NCBI GenBank assembly: GCA_965250035.1
Contig: OZ252282.1
Coordinates: forward strand, 2,472,515 to 2,536,514
Length of the DNA stretch: 64,000 bases
DNA from: Enterobacterales bacterium
Lineage (GTDB): Bacteria; Pseudomonadota; Gammaproteobacteria; Enterobacterales; GCA-2746155
Direction of reading: 5' to 3'
Shown here: one piece after another, positions 50,213 through 62,559 of the stretch
Layout: each line of letters starts with the position of its first letter
How positions within the stretch are numbered: the first letter of the stretch is position 1
Notes under the pieces: generated by a model
What the model saw: only the letters and a program-made list of their open reading frames with translations
Databases searched by the model: none
What the model was told of the DNA's origin: nothing
Made by a program: the position numbers and the translations under genes

Positions 50213-52342
50213 TTAATTTACAGCTTCTTTAAGGATTTTCGGAGTAACGAATATAAGTAACTCCTGTTTCGCTTTTACATCAGATTGAGTTCGGAATAAC
50301 CAGCCCAGCCAGGGAATGTCACCCAACAGCGGTACCTTGGTCTCATCTCTGTTGGTTCTCTGCTGGTAAATACCACCTAATACCACGGTTTGACCATTAT
50401 CTACCAGAACCTGGGTTGTTACCTGTTGGGTATTGATCGCAGGTCCCTGAGGAGTGTCTTCACCTCGGGTATCCTGGGTTACTGTCAAGTCTAGAATGAT
50501 GCGATCATCCGGTGTAATTTGTGGAGTCACAGTTAACGACAATACGGCTTTCTTGAACTGCACCGAGGTTGCACCAGAAGAGGTCGCATTCTGGAATGGA
50601 ATTTCCTCACCTGCTTCAATACTTGCTTCCTTCTGATTTGCCGTAATGACTCTCGGGCTAGCGATAACTTCACCGCGATTCTCATTCTCAAGTGCCGACA
50701 ATTCTAAATCTAGCAACAATCCTTTAGACAGGTTGGCATACGAGATTCCGAATGATCCAGCGGCATTAGCAACCGGTAGACTCACATTCAAGGTATCGCT
50801 TAAATTAGCCTGGCCATCACCAATCTGAGCATTTAAATCATTTGCTCCAGCTAGTGAACCAGATAGTGTTGTTTCACTGCGAATCTTGGTAACACCCCAC
50901 TGTACGCCCAACTCCTCGGTCCAACCACTGCTTGCCGTCACAATACGTGATTCGATCTGAACCTGACGTACGGGAATATCTAAATCCGTTATGAGTTCTC
51001 GGACTTCCTCCAACTTGTCTGCGGTATCTAGCACGAGCAGCGAGTTAGTGCGTTCGTCAACTGTCACAGAACCACGGTCTGATAGCAGGCTATTTTCCTG
51101 TGCTTTTAGCAAGGTAGCAATGTCTGATGCCTTGGCATAGTTGACTTGGATAAGTTCTGTACGCAGTGGCGCCAGTTCAGCAACCTGTTGACTCGCTTCC
51201 AACTCAGCCTTCTCGCGTGCAGCGATCTCTTGTGCTGGTGCAACGAGCATGACATTACCATCGATACGCTTATCAAGTCCCTTGGTCTTCAGGATAATAT
51301 CCAGTGCCTGGTCCCAGGGTACATTCTGTAATCTAAGGGTCAGGTTGCCTCGGACAGTATCCGATGCGACCAGATTCAAGCCGGTATGCTGTGCGATGAT
51401 CTGTAGCACCGCACGAACTTCAATATCCTGAAACATCAATGACAGGCGTTCGCCAACATACAGGTTCTTATCAGCACGTCGTTTTTCGGCTTCCATTTTG
51501 GTCAGCGGCTTCAACTCGATCGTGAATTGATTATCCGTCTGATAGGCCAGGTATTCGAAATCGTCTACCGTATCAATGGTCACACGGATTTTGTCTGAAA
51601 AACGACTGGTTTGGATGTAAGTAGCCGGAGTGCCGAAGTCAATCACATCAAGCTTTCTGAGCAAGGCATCCTGCATATCCGCACCCATAAAGTCGGCGAT
51701 GACCTTACGACCTTCCTGACGTAAGTCGACAGAAATATCAGTCTCATTTAGGTTCAGAATAACCTGTCCCTCACCACCGGTTCCACGTCTAAAATCGAGA
51801 GACGATATGCCATTGGCAGATGAGTTCATTGCTGATGAGCGAACTGCAGAAGAACTGGTTGATGAAGGCTCATTGTAAATTGATGACGAACTAGAGCTAT
51901 TACCAATTGTGATGACAAAATCGTTACCTTGAACTGAGGTGGTGTATTGCGTCATCTCCAGTAGGGCGATCACTACACGAACTCTGGAGCCAGCCTCAAC
52001 CGCAGTAACACCAACGACGTTGCCGGTGTCGATACGCGTATTGCGTCTGGCTAGGGCTGATGAAGTACCATCGAAATCAAGTGAGATTCGTGCCGGATTG
52101 TTCGTAGTAAACTCACGGCTGGGCTCGACGACATTCGACATCGATAATCGTATCTGAATCTGGCTGCCTGGGAGGACTGTGTAACTGACATCCTGCAATA
52201 CGCCTGCAATAATTGACTGCGTAGAGATAAACACCATAAACAGCGAAGCTATCAATTGAATAGGCCCGCGCAAGAATTTTGCTCCTCGTGTTCGAGAAAC
52301 CCCTGCATTATTTACGTTCATTGCTTTGGCTCCTTGGCTCAT
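50213..52342 (-). CDS. pilQ: type IV pilus secretin PilQ
   Basis: Two AMIN-like N-terminal repeats, a Ser-rich linker, and a secretin C-domain (VPLLGDIPWLGWLFR). ATG 52342 forms an ATGA overlap with the pilP stop. ATG 52321 is an alternative. Confidence 0.93.
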   Translation of the reverse strand: MSQGAKAMNVNNAGVSRTRGAKFLRGPIQLIASLFMVFISTQSIIAGVLQDVSYTVLPGSQIQIRLSMSNVVEPSREFTTNNPARISLDFDGTSSALARRNTRIDTGNVVGVTAVEAGSRVRVVIALLEMTQYTTSVQGNDFVITIGNSSSSSSIYNEPSSTSSSAVRSSAMNSSANGISSLDFRRGTGGEGQVILNLNETDISVDLRQEGRKVIADFMGADMQDALLRKLDVIDFGTPATYIQTSRFSDKIRVTIDTVDDFEYLAYQTDNQFTIELKPLTKMEAEKRRADKNLYVGERLSLMFQDIEVRAVLQIIAQHTGLNLVASDTVRGNLTLRLQNVPWDQALDIILKTKGLDKRIDGNVMLVAPAQEIAAREKAELEASQQVAELAPLRTELIQVNYAKASDIATLLKAQENSLLSDRGSVTVDERTNSLLVLDTADKLEEVRELITDLDIPVRQVQIESRIVTASSGWTEELGVQWGVTKIRSETTLSGSLAGANDLNAQIGDGQANLSDTLNVSLPVANAAGSFGISYANLSKGLLLDLELSALENENRGEVIASPRVITANQKEASIEAGEEIPFQNATSSGATSVQFKKAVLSLTVTPQITPDDRIILDLTVTQDTRGEDTPQGPAINTQQVTTQVLVDNGQTVVLGGIYQQRTNRDETKVPLLGDIPWLGWLFRTQSDVKAKQELLIFVTPKILKEAVN

Positions 52343-52869
52343 TGATCCACCTCCAATTGCATTGGTCTGGCTTCCCAACAGCCCTGACCGTTCGGTACGA
52401 TTTCCATGAGTTGTAAGTTTTGTTCTGAGATACTGGTTATTTTTCCATGGTTCAAGCCCAGATGATTACCCACCTGCACCCTGTGAATACTTCCGGAGTC
52501 CTGGCGTATCAATGCCCAGGATTCTCCGCCCTGCATCATTGAACCGACCATCTTAAGCGATTGTAGTGCGAAATCTTCCAACTCTTCACGAACCCGATTC
52601 GGGTCGGGGCGTACTTGTGTCGCACATTGTTCCAGGCTTCCAAGTTCACCAATTGCTTCGGGACGTGCCGTTTCAAAAGGACTGCGTAAATGACCCGCTG
52701 AGTATATGAAAGCCTCATATGGTCTGATCTCGGGTAATGCCTCAATTGGTGTGGCCGGCCGGCTTTTAACCTCTTCTACCCAGACTCTAAGATCCTGATT
52801 ATCACTACCGATACAACCTGATAACAATACTAGGGTGGCAAGCATAACTGTCGACTTTAAATGTCTCAT
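52339..52869 (-). CDS. pilP: type IV pilus assembly lipoprotein PilP
   Basis: Lipobox LLSGC. 176 aa. Conserved operon position between pilO and pilQ. Confidence 0.85.
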   Translation of the reverse strand: MRHLKSTVMLATLVLLSGCIGSDNQDLRVWVEEVKSRPATPIEALPEIRPYEAFIYSAGHLRSPFETARPEAIGELGSLEQCATQVRPDPNRVREELEDFALQSLKMVGSMMQGGESWALIRQDSGSIHRVQVGNHLGLNHGKITSISEQNLQLMEIVPNGQGCWEARPMQLEVDQ

Positions 52870-53513
52870 TGCTGTGCCTCCTTAAGAATCGTGTCACAGA
52901 CGTTGTTGTCCGAGGAAGCATCATAGCGATAGGTCTTAGCGAGTACAGTTAGGGTCAGGTTGCCATCTGGCTCAGCACCACGATTTCGTCTTGGCGTCTC
53001 GATCTTTAAATTATGCAGGGTTACGATGCGCGGCAGGCTGGAAACCCGACTCACAAACATCCCCAGCTGATGATAATCACCACTGACGACAATACTGACA
53101 GGCTTTTCGGTATAAAACTGTGCCTTGCGCTCTTTCAGATACTCCGTTTCTCTAAACTCGAGGCCACTGTATGCCTCGGACTGGGAGATATCATCGATTA
53201 ACCCTGGAATTTCCGTGTTGGTAGGCAACTGCCTTAGCATGCCACGGAAGGACTCGCACATATCTTTCATTTGGTCACGATAGGCCACCAGGTTGACGGC
53301 CTTGCGTTGCTTGGTTTCGAATTCAGTCTTCAATTCGACTTCTTTACGCTCTTCACGTTCCAGGCGCTCTATCTGCTCTGTCGTGTCCATGTAATACACC
53401 AGACCAACAACCACAGCGAATACAACCACGGTAAAGAAACCCTTTACTAGTCCAGGCCAGTCGCCGACATTATCAATGTCTAGATTTTTAAACTGATCAA
53501 GATTGATATCCAT
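52866..53513 (-). CDS. pilO: type IV pilus assembly protein PilO
   Basis: N-terminal TM plus coiled coil. 215 aa. ATGA-type overlap with pilP. Confidence 0.87.
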   Translation of the reverse strand: MDINLDQFKNLDIDNVGDWPGLVKGFFTVVVFAVVVGLVYYMDTTEQIERLEREERKEVELKTEFETKQRKAVNLVAYRDQMKDMCESFRGMLRQLPTNTEIPGLIDDISQSEAYSGLEFRETEYLKERKAQFYTEKPVSIVVSGDYHQLGMFVSRVSSLPRIVTLHNLKIETPRRNRGAEPDGNLTLTVLAKTYRYDASSDNNVCDTILKEAQQ

Positions 53514-53522
53514 GTCTACCTC

Positions 53523-54106
53523 CTACCGCCTGTTCCTGTTTTGTTGCGCAGCTCTTCTTCTTTCTAAGAGAGCCTTCTCTTTCGCCGTCATATCAAAGGT
53601 CGTGATTGGGATACTACCCCTGGTGTCCGCTTTGATATTGCTGACATCCGGCCTCACCAGCCATTCAGATTCCTCTATGTTTCTCATAAAGGCAGATATT
53701 CTTGGCGTTGACTCGGAGATACCCTTGAAGCTGAGATTAGGTCCTTTTCGTTCAAAGTTCGTCAGGTGAACACCCGATGGAATCTGGCGCACCAACTCAT
53801 CGAACAAACGCACAACCAATGGTCGGCTTTGTTGCAGGGACTGGACGATCTGCATCCGATTGAGCAGTTCCTGTTTTTGTTTTTCCAATTCATTAATTTC
53901 TTTGATTTGCTCATCGAGCTGGCTAATCTCACGATTGAGAAAGTCATTCCTGCCCTGTTGCGCGGTGATTTTATTTTCGAATGCGATATGCACGAGCACC
54001 GAAACGAGGACACCAACGATGGCTGAAAGTGCTAGGATTCCAATGAACTGGCGTTTCCGCTCTGCTCGGAGCTCTTCACGCCATGGTAGGAGGTTAATTT
54101 TGGCCA

Positions 54107-54107
<1 letters not shown>
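53523..54107 (-). CDS. pilN: type IV pilus assembly protein PilN
   Basis: The canonical PilN N-terminus MAKINLLPWREE. TAATG overlap with pilM. Confidence 0.9.
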
Positions 54108-55213
<1,106 letters not shown>

Positions 55214-55348
55214 TTATGTGAAATCACTTGAGATACTACTCGCAACTATAAGAAAAATCACCCTTTTTTTTATATTTTACCCCGTTTGGAGAAAAAATAT
55301 ATAATCTTTGAGACAATATTGCCTACTGATTCACACTTATATAGTCCA

Positions 55349-58090
55349 ATGACTCGCAAATATCTATTAACGATCGGCAGAAATGCGCTCCACTTAACAC
55401 TTTTTGCAATTGTTGGCGCTTTTATGGTGTTTTTAGCCTGCTATTTATATGTCGCGCCGCAGCTCCCTGCTGTTGAGACGCTTCGTGAATATAAGCTACA
55501 AACACCGATGAGCGTTTATTCCTCAGATGGGCAACTCATTGCTAATTTTGGCGAGAAGCGACGCATACCTCTGACCTTCGAAGAGATCCCGGATACTCTC
55601 AATCAGGCATTGATTGCAACTGAGGACAAACGCTTCTATGAACATAGTGGGGTTGATCCGGTTGGCTTACTTCGCGCGGTATATGACCTCGTGTCCACCG
55701 GACAGATTGGTGGTGGCGGCAGTACCATTACTATGCAGCTGGCGCGCAACTTCTTTCTATCATTTACCCAGACCTTTACCCGAAAGACGAAGGAGATTTT
55801 CCTCAGTTGGAAGATTGAACGCGCTCTGACGAAACAGGAAATACTCACCCTGTACTGGAATAAGATCGATTTCAGTTACCGTGCCAATGGCATTGGCGCT
55901 GCAGCTCAGGTCTACTATGGAACAACCGTTGATCAACTGACACTCGCACAATTAGCGGTATTGGCTGGTATCCCCAAAGGCCCAACGACTCACAACCCCC
56001 TTTCTAACCCCGAAAAAGCATTTAACCGTCGTAATCATGTGCTGCGTCGTATGTATTTGGAAGACTATATTGATGAAGCAACCTACGAGGAAGCCAGGAA
56101 CGCCCCACTCACGGCCGCCTACTATGGATCGCGTGTCACAGTATCTGCCCCCTACCTTGCGGAAATGGTCCGCTCTGCGATGATCAAAAGATTCGGTACC
56201 GAGGAGGCATATACCGAAGGTTATAGAGTATTCACGACACTGGATAGCAGGTTGCAGGAGGTTGGCAGACAATCACTGCGTAAGGCTCTGATCGAATATG
56301 ATCGTAGACATGGCTATCGTGGTCCCGAGCAATCATTTCCTGAAGTTGCGGACTTTGCACTGGAGTTAAACCCTGCCATCAATGACGACCAGTCACCTAC
56401 CTCTGTTTTGGACATGATGCAGCAACGTGACTATTCAACGCTCGATGATATCTTATTGGACTTAAGAGTACTGGGAGAATTACAGCCGGCGCTCGTCCTG
56501 TCCGTTGAAGAACAATCAATCACCGTACTACTGAAAAAGAAGGACCGCTATACTCCCCTGTCCGAACGAGTTATTCAGATCGGTTGGGATGGCTTAGATT
56601 GGGCGCGTCCATTTATCAATGAGAGTCGACGTGGTCCCAGGCCAAGGACAGCCAGTGCCATTGTTAAGCCCGGCGATTTAATAAGAACCTATCAAGACAA
56701 GAATGAGGTATGGCAACTGGGACAGCTTCCAGCGATCAAGTCGGCCTTCGTAGCTTTAGACCCAGATAATGGGGCTATAAAAACGCTGGTGGGTGGTTTC
56801 GATTTTAATTTAAGTAAATTCAATAATGTCACCCAGGCCAAGCGTCAACTCGGCTCGAACATTAAGCCATTCATCTACTCTGCAGCATTAGAGAAGGGCT
56901 ACACAGCAGCCACGGTAGTGAATGATGCACCCTTTACAAAGGTCGATCCAACCAGTGAAGATATCTGGCGACCAAAAAATGATTCAGGTAATTACAAGGG
57001 CCCGACGCGGTTGCGTAATGCCCTGTCGCGATCAACGAACATGGTCTCAATCAGGCTGGTCAATGACATTACCCCGGCATATACGGTGGAATACCTTACC
57101 CGCATCGGGTTTGACCCGGCCAGCCTACCTGAAGTAGCCAGTATCGCACTGGGTTCGCCCTCATTCAGTCCACTTGAACTCGTCACGCAATACGCCAGTA
57201 TCGCAAACGGCGGTTATCAAATAGATCCCTACTTTATCGCCCGTATTGAGGATGCCAATGGCAATATTATAGTCGATTTTCAGCCGCGTCAGGTGTGCCA
57301 GGAATGCGAGACCATACTAGAGGGACAACAACCGGTTGCTGAAGAAATAATCACCTCTAGTGGTACAGAAGCCCTTACGGCAGAAGACCAGTTGCTCGCG
57401 GAAATTGCACAAGAACAAGGCATCTTAGATAACGTTCAGCAATTAGATCGAGATATCATTTCTACCAAAGCAGATACGCAACCTGAAGACGAAGTATCTG
57501 AAACGCCGTTTGATCTACTGAGTATGCCACTTACCTTCGAGCCTCGCTTACCCATCGATGAGCAATACATCTCACCCAGAGTCATTGCCGAAGATAATGT
57601 ATACATCGTTGACAGCATGATGCGTGATGTCATCACAAGCGGCACTGCGGCGCGCACGCTACGCCTGAGTAATAGTCCCTTATTGAAGCGGCAGGATCTC
57701 GGGGGCAAAACAGGTACCACCAATGATGCAAAAGATGCCTGGTTTTCTGGTTACAACGGTGACTACGTTGCGACTGCCTGGGTCGGTAATCAGAAATATA
57801 CTGATCCGGGATTAGGAAATAATGAATATGGTGGCAAGGCTGCCCTGCCAATCTGGCAAGGTTTTATGGAAGTTGCTTTGGCAGACAAACCACACCATGG
57901 CCTAACTCAGCCCCCAGGGCTAGTTACAGCGAAGATTGATCCCAAGACAGGCCTGCTAGCACCAGCCGGTATGCCAGGAGCTATCTTTGAAATCTTTAGA
58001 CAGCGATTCATACCAAAGCAGTATGCTGACTATGAGGTTAAGGATCCATTCGCTACGACTGATGATGAAGAATCTGAACTGTTCGAATAG
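55349..58090 (+). CDS. mrcA: penicillin-binding protein 1A (bifunctional transglycosylase/transpeptidase)
   Basis: Glycosyltransferase motifs EDKRFYEHSGVD and GGSTITMQLARN. Transpeptidase motifs SNIKP (SxxK), SRSTN (SxN) and KTGTT. ATG 55349 (MTRKYLL + TM) is preferred over the track start. Confidence 0.95.
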   Translation: MTRKYLLTIGRNALHLTLFAIVGAFMVFLACYLYVAPQLPAVETLREYKLQTPMSVYSSDGQLIANFGEKRRIPLTFEEIPDTLNQALIATEDKRFYEHSGVDPVGLLRAVYDLVSTGQIGGGGSTITMQLARNFFLSFTQTFTRKTKEIFLSWKIERALTKQEILTLYWNKIDFSYRANGIGAAAQVYYGTTVDQLTLAQLAVLAGIPKGPTTHNPLSNPEKAFNRRNHVLRRMYLEDYIDEATYEEARNAPLTAAYYGSRVTVSAPYLAEMVRSAMIKRFGTEEAYTEGYRVFTTLDSRLQEVGRQSLRKALIEYDRRHGYRGPEQSFPEVADFALELNPAINDDQSPTSVLDMMQQRDYSTLDDILLDLRVLGELQPALVLSVEEQSITVLLKKKDRYTPLSERVIQIGWDGLDWARPFINESRRGPRPRTASAIVKPGDLIRTYQDKNEVWQLGQLPAIKSAFVALDPDNGAIKTLVGGFDFNLSKFNNVTQAKRQLGSNIKPFIYSAALEKGYTAATVVNDAPFTKVDPTSEDIWRPKNDSGNYKGPTRLRNALSRSTNMVSIRLVNDITPAYTVEYLTRIGFDPASLPEVASIALGSPSFSPLELVTQYASIANGGYQIDPYFIARIEDANGNIIVDFQPRQVCQECETILEGQQPVAEEIITSSGTEALTAEDQLLAEIAQEQGILDNVQQLDRDIISTKADTQPEDEVSETPFDLLSMPLTFEPRLPIDEQYISPRVIAEDNVYIVDSMMRDVITSGTAARTLRLSNSPLLKRQDLGGKTGTTNDAKDAWFSGYNGDYVATAWVGNQKYTDPGLGNNEYGGKAALPIWQGFMEVALADKPHHGLTQPPGLVTAKIDPKTGLLAPAGMPGAIFEIFRQRFIPKQYADYEVKDPFATTDDEESELFE

Positions 58091-58111
58091 ACAGCATCTC
58101 TTTTAGACAAT

Positions 58112-58138
58112 AAAAAACGGAGCTAGGCTCCGTTTTTT
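58112..58138. terminator. bidirectional rho-independent terminator (mrcA / rpmE)
   Basis: AAAAAA-CGGAGC-tag-GCTCCG-TTTTTT lies between the convergent stops at 58090 and 58157. Confidence 0.82.
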
Positions 58139-58156
58139 AATCAATCTGGATATTGC

Positions 58157-58369
58157 TTATTTCGCTTTACGATTTCCGAACTTCTGACGGAAACGGTCTA
58201 CTCGACCACCCGAATCCATAATCTTCTGAGTGCCGGTGTAGAATGGATGACATTCTGAGCAAACATCCAGTGACATGTCTCTGCCAAGGGTCGAACGAAC
58301 CTTAATGACATTGCCACAGGAGCAAGTTGCAGTCATCATCTCATAATCGGGATGAATATCTTTTTTCAT
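58157..58369 (-). CDS. rpmE: 50S ribosomal protein L31 (Zn-ribbon type A)
   Basis: ATG 58369 follows [14 protein letters not shown]..., with CSC...[10 protein letters not shown] cysteines. Confidence 0.95.
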   Translation of the reverse strand: MKKDIHPDYEMMTATCSCGNVIKVRSTLGRDMSLDVCSECHPFYTGTQKIMDSGGRVDRFRQKFGNRKAK

Positions 58370-58554
58370 GGGGTTAACCTCGTTTAGGCGCACATCGCAA
58401 CAGGATCCAGGTCCTGCACCATATGTCTTTCAAAAAATGAGGCGCGATTGTAGCGACTGTTGTACTACATATCAAGTGTTTTATCGGCCTTATCGCACCC
58501 ATATGACTGATTTAATTGATTGGTTAATATCACTGAAGTCGTTATGATCGGTAC

Positions 58555-60750
58555 ATGCAACATGAAACTGCTACATCCTATGTTCAAATTGCGATCGCTG
58601 GTCCGATGCGGCAATTGTATGACTACAAATCGACTGCTAGTCCGTCACGGCTACAGGCTGGTTGCCGGGTAATTATCCCATTTGGTAAACACCAACGCGT
58701 TGGAATCATCATATCCCAAATTCAGGACAGTGAGTTTCCTGAACATAAAATCAAATCACTAGTAACGGTTATCGACGAACAACCCGTTCTTAACGAATCC
58801 CAAATAAAGCTGGCCCATTGGGCTAGCCGTTACTACCACCATAGTCTAGGTGATGTATGCTTCAGTATGTTACCAACGAAACTCCGTAGTAACACACCGT
58901 TCAGTCTTCCCTATGAAACCAGTTGGCGAATTAATGACATCACTCAAGCGGAACAGATTCACGCGCGTGCTCATAAGCAGAAGCATTGTTTGACATTATT
59001 GAGTCAGAATCCCGCAGGCATGTCGGAACGAGCGTTGCGGGACGAGGGCATCACTTTGGATGTTATCAAGCGACTCGCGAGTGCCGATAGAATCCTATCG
59101 GAACAACGGCTCATTAGCGACCATAATTTGGCCACGGATGCAGAGACGGCTCCGCAGTTGACTACCGAGCAAGTGTCAGCCATAGAGTCGGTCAATTTTG
59201 ATCGATTTAACACTTATTTGCTCAATGGCATTACTGGCAGTGGTAAAACGGAAGTTTATTTACAGCTTGCCGATCAATGTTTACAACGCCAGCAACAGGC
59301 ACTGATCCTGGTACCTGAGATTGGTCTTACGCCTCAGACGATTAATCGCTTTAAACGCAGACTCAGCTGCCCAATCAGAGTACTTCACAGTGGACTCAAC
59401 GAAACCGAACAAATGCATATGTGGAGTTTGGCGAGCCTACCCGAGCCACAAGTGGTTATTGCCACGCGCAGTGGTTTATTTGTCCCGCTGCCAAATATTG
59501 GACTCATCATCGTTGATGAAGAACATGATATGTCTTACAAACAACCGTCTGGCTGGCGCTATTCGGCCAGAGACCTAGCCGTACTACGTGGCAAATTATC
59601 AACCATTCCAGTCCTGCTGGGATCAGCGACACCAAGCCTGGAATCTCGCTATCAGGTGGAACGTGGTAATTATCAGGAATTACAACTGACTCATCGCCCA
59701 CAACAAATTCAAGAGGCGCGCTTCGAACTACTCGATATTCGCAAGTTACCATTGGAGCAGGGGTTATCAGTCCCACTACTTGATCGAATAGAAGCCGCCA
59801 TAACCGCTGGCGAACAAGTGCTCGTCTTCCTAAATCGTCGTGGCTATGCCCCGGTGCTCATGTGTCATGAATGTGGTTGGTTAGCCGAATGTCAACGCTG
59901 TGACAGCCACTATACGTTGCATCAACAGAAACATTTGCTGCGCTGTCATCACTGCGAAGCACAACGTCCAGTACCTAACCAATGTCCGAGCTGTGGCACT
60001 CAAAATCTTACTGCGGTCGGTCAGGGTACCGAGCGTATCGAGCAGACATTATCCAGACGGTTTCCGACAGCGAGCATCGCTCGAATTGATCGTGACACAA
60101 CGCGTAAAAAAGGCGCCATGTCACAGTACGTTCAAGATATTAAACGAGGTAAATATCAGCTATTGATTGGCACGCAGATGTTGGCTAAGGGCCATCATTT
60201 TCCCAACCTGTCTTTGGTTGCAGTTGTCGATATGGATGGAGCACTGTACTGTGCTGATTTCAGGGCTACGGAGCGCTTTGGCCAATTGTTGAAACAGGTC
60301 AGTGGTCGAGCTGGACGCGTCAATCGTGAGGGGGTCGTCATAATACAGACTCGGCAACCGGATCATCCATTAATACAAACCCTATTAACACAACCATATA
60401 TTGCCTTTAGTCAGCAGTTGTTAAGGCAACGACTCGAGTCTCACTGGCCGCCCTATGTTCATCTTGCCTTATTGCATGCGCAAGCCACTTCAGAGAATAA
60501 TCCGATACAATTTCTACAAACAATAAAGGGTTGCTTGAACCAAACATTTCCCCATCTTACGGTCTTAGGTCCAGTTCCGGCCATGAAGGCGAAGCGTTCT
60601 GGAAAATATCGCTTTCAGTTACTCTTGCAATCACAGCAACGAAGCGAATTACATGCCGCCCTGGATGCGGCTCAGGAAATCATTAGTTCAGAAAAAATAT
60701 CAAATACTGTACGCTGGAGTCTGGATGTTGACCCACAAGATCTGGTTTAA
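58555..60750 (+). CDS. priA: primosomal replication restart helicase PriA
   Basis: Walker A GITGSGKTEVY, DEEH box VDEEHD, and Cys-rich zinc-finger insert CHECGW...CQRCD...CHHC...CPSCG. Confidence 0.95.
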   Translation: MQHETATSYVQIAIAGPMRQLYDYKSTASPSRLQAGCRVIIPFGKHQRVGIIISQIQDSEFPEHKIKSLVTVIDEQPVLNESQIKLAHWASRYYHHSLGDVCFSMLPTKLRSNTPFSLPYETSWRINDITQAEQIHARAHKQKHCLTLLSQNPAGMSERALRDEGITLDVIKRLASADRILSEQRLISDHNLATDAETAPQLTTEQVSAIESVNFDRFNTYLLNGITGSGKTEVYLQLADQCLQRQQQALILVPEIGLTPQTINRFKRRLSCPIRVLHSGLNETEQMHMWSLASLPEPQVVIATRSGLFVPLPNIGLIIVDEEHDMSYKQPSGWRYSARDLAVLRGKLSTIPVLLGSATPSLESRYQVERGNYQELQLTHRPQQIQEARFELLDIRKLPLEQGLSVPLLDRIEAAITAGEQVLVFLNRRGYAPVLMCHECGWLAECQRCDSHYTLHQQKHLLRCHHCEAQRPVPNQCPSCGTQNLTAVGQGTERIEQTLSRRFPTASIARIDRDTTRKKGAMSQYVQDIKRGKYQLLIGTQMLAKGHHFPNLSLVAVVDMDGALYCADFRATERFGQLLKQVSGRAGRVNREGVVIIQTRQPDHPLIQTLLTQPYIAFSQQLLRQRLESHWPPYVHLALLHAQATSENNPIQFLQTIKGCLNQTFPHLTVLGPVPAMKAKRSGKYRFQLLLQSQQRSELHAALDAAQEIISSEKISNTVRWSLDVDPQDLV

Positions 60751-60788
60751 TAGCCGCCCTGAATTAAATATGTAGCCATGAAGTTAAT

Positions 60789-62558
60789 ATGATAGACGAA
60801 CTTAGACAGTTATTGAGTAATGTCGTTGCAGAATTGCAACAATCTGACGTATTGCCTGCTGATTTTCAGCCACGCTTTACTGTCGAACGGACTCGAGATC
60901 CTGCCCATGGTGATCTAGCAACTAATCTGGCGTTAGTTTCTGCCAAAAAGGCAGGAAAGAATCCCCGCGATATGGCGGATTTGATTCTAAGTCATCTATC
61001 TGAGGTCAGTTTCATAAAAGAGACCAGCATTGCCGGTCCTGGCTTTATTAACTTCTTTCTGTCAACGGAATCAGCGACAGCTATCATCAGTCAGGCGCTG
61101 AGCAAAGGCGAACTTTTTGGATCGTCTGACATTGGGCAACAAAAAAAAGTTATCGTTGAGTTTGTATCGGCTAATCCAACCGGCCCACTCCATGTCGGAC
61201 ACGGCCGTGGCGCTGCGTATGGTGCCAGCCTATCCAACCTTCTGCATACGGCTGGTTGGGACGTTCATCGCGAGTACTACGTCAACGATGCCGGTCGACA
61301 GATGCATATCCTCACAACCAGCATCTGGTTACGTTATCTTCAACTAAATGAAGTCACGATCAGGTTTCCTGCGAATGGCTATCGTGGCGAGTACATCTAT
61401 GATATTGCCAGAGATCTAATCTCTGAACACGGGACCGACCTGATTCATGATGCTGCTGAAGTCATGTCGAACCTCCCACAGGATGAGGATCCTGATGTTG
61501 CTGGTGGCGATAAAGAGAAACATATTGATGCTCTGATAGAGCGTTGCAAATCGTTACTGGGTGAAGAGAATTATCAGAGGTTATTTCAATTTGGTCTCAC
61601 GGCAATTCGAGACGAGATGCGTGATGACCTGGAACAATTCGGCGTTACGTACGATGAATGGTTCTCGGAACAGTCTCTTACCGATTCAGGGGCTATTGCA
61701 GATGCCGTAAAACGTCTGACAGAAATGGGGCACATGTATGAGAAAGACGGTGCAATTTGGTTCCGAGCTACGGCATTTGGAGATGATAAAGATAGAGTTG
61801 TGGTGAGGGATAACGGTCAGACAACTTATTTTGCATCAGATATTTCCTATCATATGAATAAACTTGACCGTGGTTTTGACAGAGTCATCGATATCTTTGG
61901 CGCTGATCATCATGGCTACGTAACCAGGGTGAAGGCTTCAATGAAAGCGCTCGGGGCAAATCCAGAACAATTGGATGTCCCACTCGTACAATTTGCCATT
62001 CTCTATCGAGGTGGTGAGCGAGTGCAGATGTCCACTCGAAGTGGCTCATTCGTAACACTTCGCGAGTTGCGTGAAGAAGTCGGTAACGATGCCTGTCGGT
62101 TCTTCTATGTAATGCGCAAGGCTGAACAACATATGGATTTCGATCTGGATCTGGCTAAGTCGCAGACTAATGAGAACCCTATGTACTATATTCAATATGC
62201 TCATGCCAGAATTGCCAGTCTATTCAGACGTCTGGCGGAAGCAGGTCATACATGGAATAAAGAGACTGGTCTGGCGGCACTAGATACATTAGTTACCGAT
62301 CATGAGCTGGCTCTAATTAAGCGCCTTTCAGCCTATCCAGATCTGATCAAAAGTGCTGCACAAAATCTTGAACCGCACAGTATTGCCCATTATTTACGCG
62401 ATCTTGCGAATGATTTTCATAGTTACTACAACGCTGAAAAACTGATTCTTGAAGATGAAAATATCCGGAATGCACGATTCTGTCTGGCTAAAGCGACGCA
62501 ACAGACACTAAAAAATGGATTAGCTATACTAGGCGTATCTGCTCCTGAAGAGATGTGA
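60789..62558 (+). CDS. argS: arginine-tRNA ligase
   Basis: HIGH-type motif ANPTGPLHVGHGR and MSTRSG (KMSK-like). 589 aa. Confidence 0.97.
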   Translation: MIDELRQLLSNVVAELQQSDVLPADFQPRFTVERTRDPAHGDLATNLALVSAKKAGKNPRDMADLILSHLSEVSFIKETSIAGPGFINFFLSTESATAIISQALSKGELFGSSDIGQQKKVIVEFVSANPTGPLHVGHGRGAAYGASLSNLLHTAGWDVHREYYVNDAGRQMHILTTSIWLRYLQLNEVTIRFPANGYRGEYIYDIARDLISEHGTDLIHDAAEVMSNLPQDEDPDVAGGDKEKHIDALIERCKSLLGEENYQRLFQFGLTAIRDEMRDDLEQFGVTYDEWFSEQSLTDSGAIADAVKRLTEMGHMYEKDGAIWFRATAFGDDKDRVVVRDNGQTTYFASDISYHMNKLDRGFDRVIDIFGADHHGYVTRVKASMKALGANPEQLDVPLVQFAILYRGGERVQMSTRSGSFVTLRELREEVGNDACRFFYVMRKAEQHMDFDLDLAKSQTNENPMYYIQYAHARIASLFRRLAEAGHTWNKETGLAALDTLVTDHELALIKRLSAYPDLIKSAAQNLEPHSIAHYLRDLANDFHSYYNAEKLILEDENIRNARFCLAKATQQTLKNGLAILGVSAPEEM

Positions 62559-62559
62559 T

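Noticed and set aside
60527-60560. CTTGAAC...CCCCATCTT resembling a sigma-32 promoter inside priA.
   Set aside because: The spacer is only about 9 nt against the required 13-14. It is intragenic and no downstream heat-shock gene exists.
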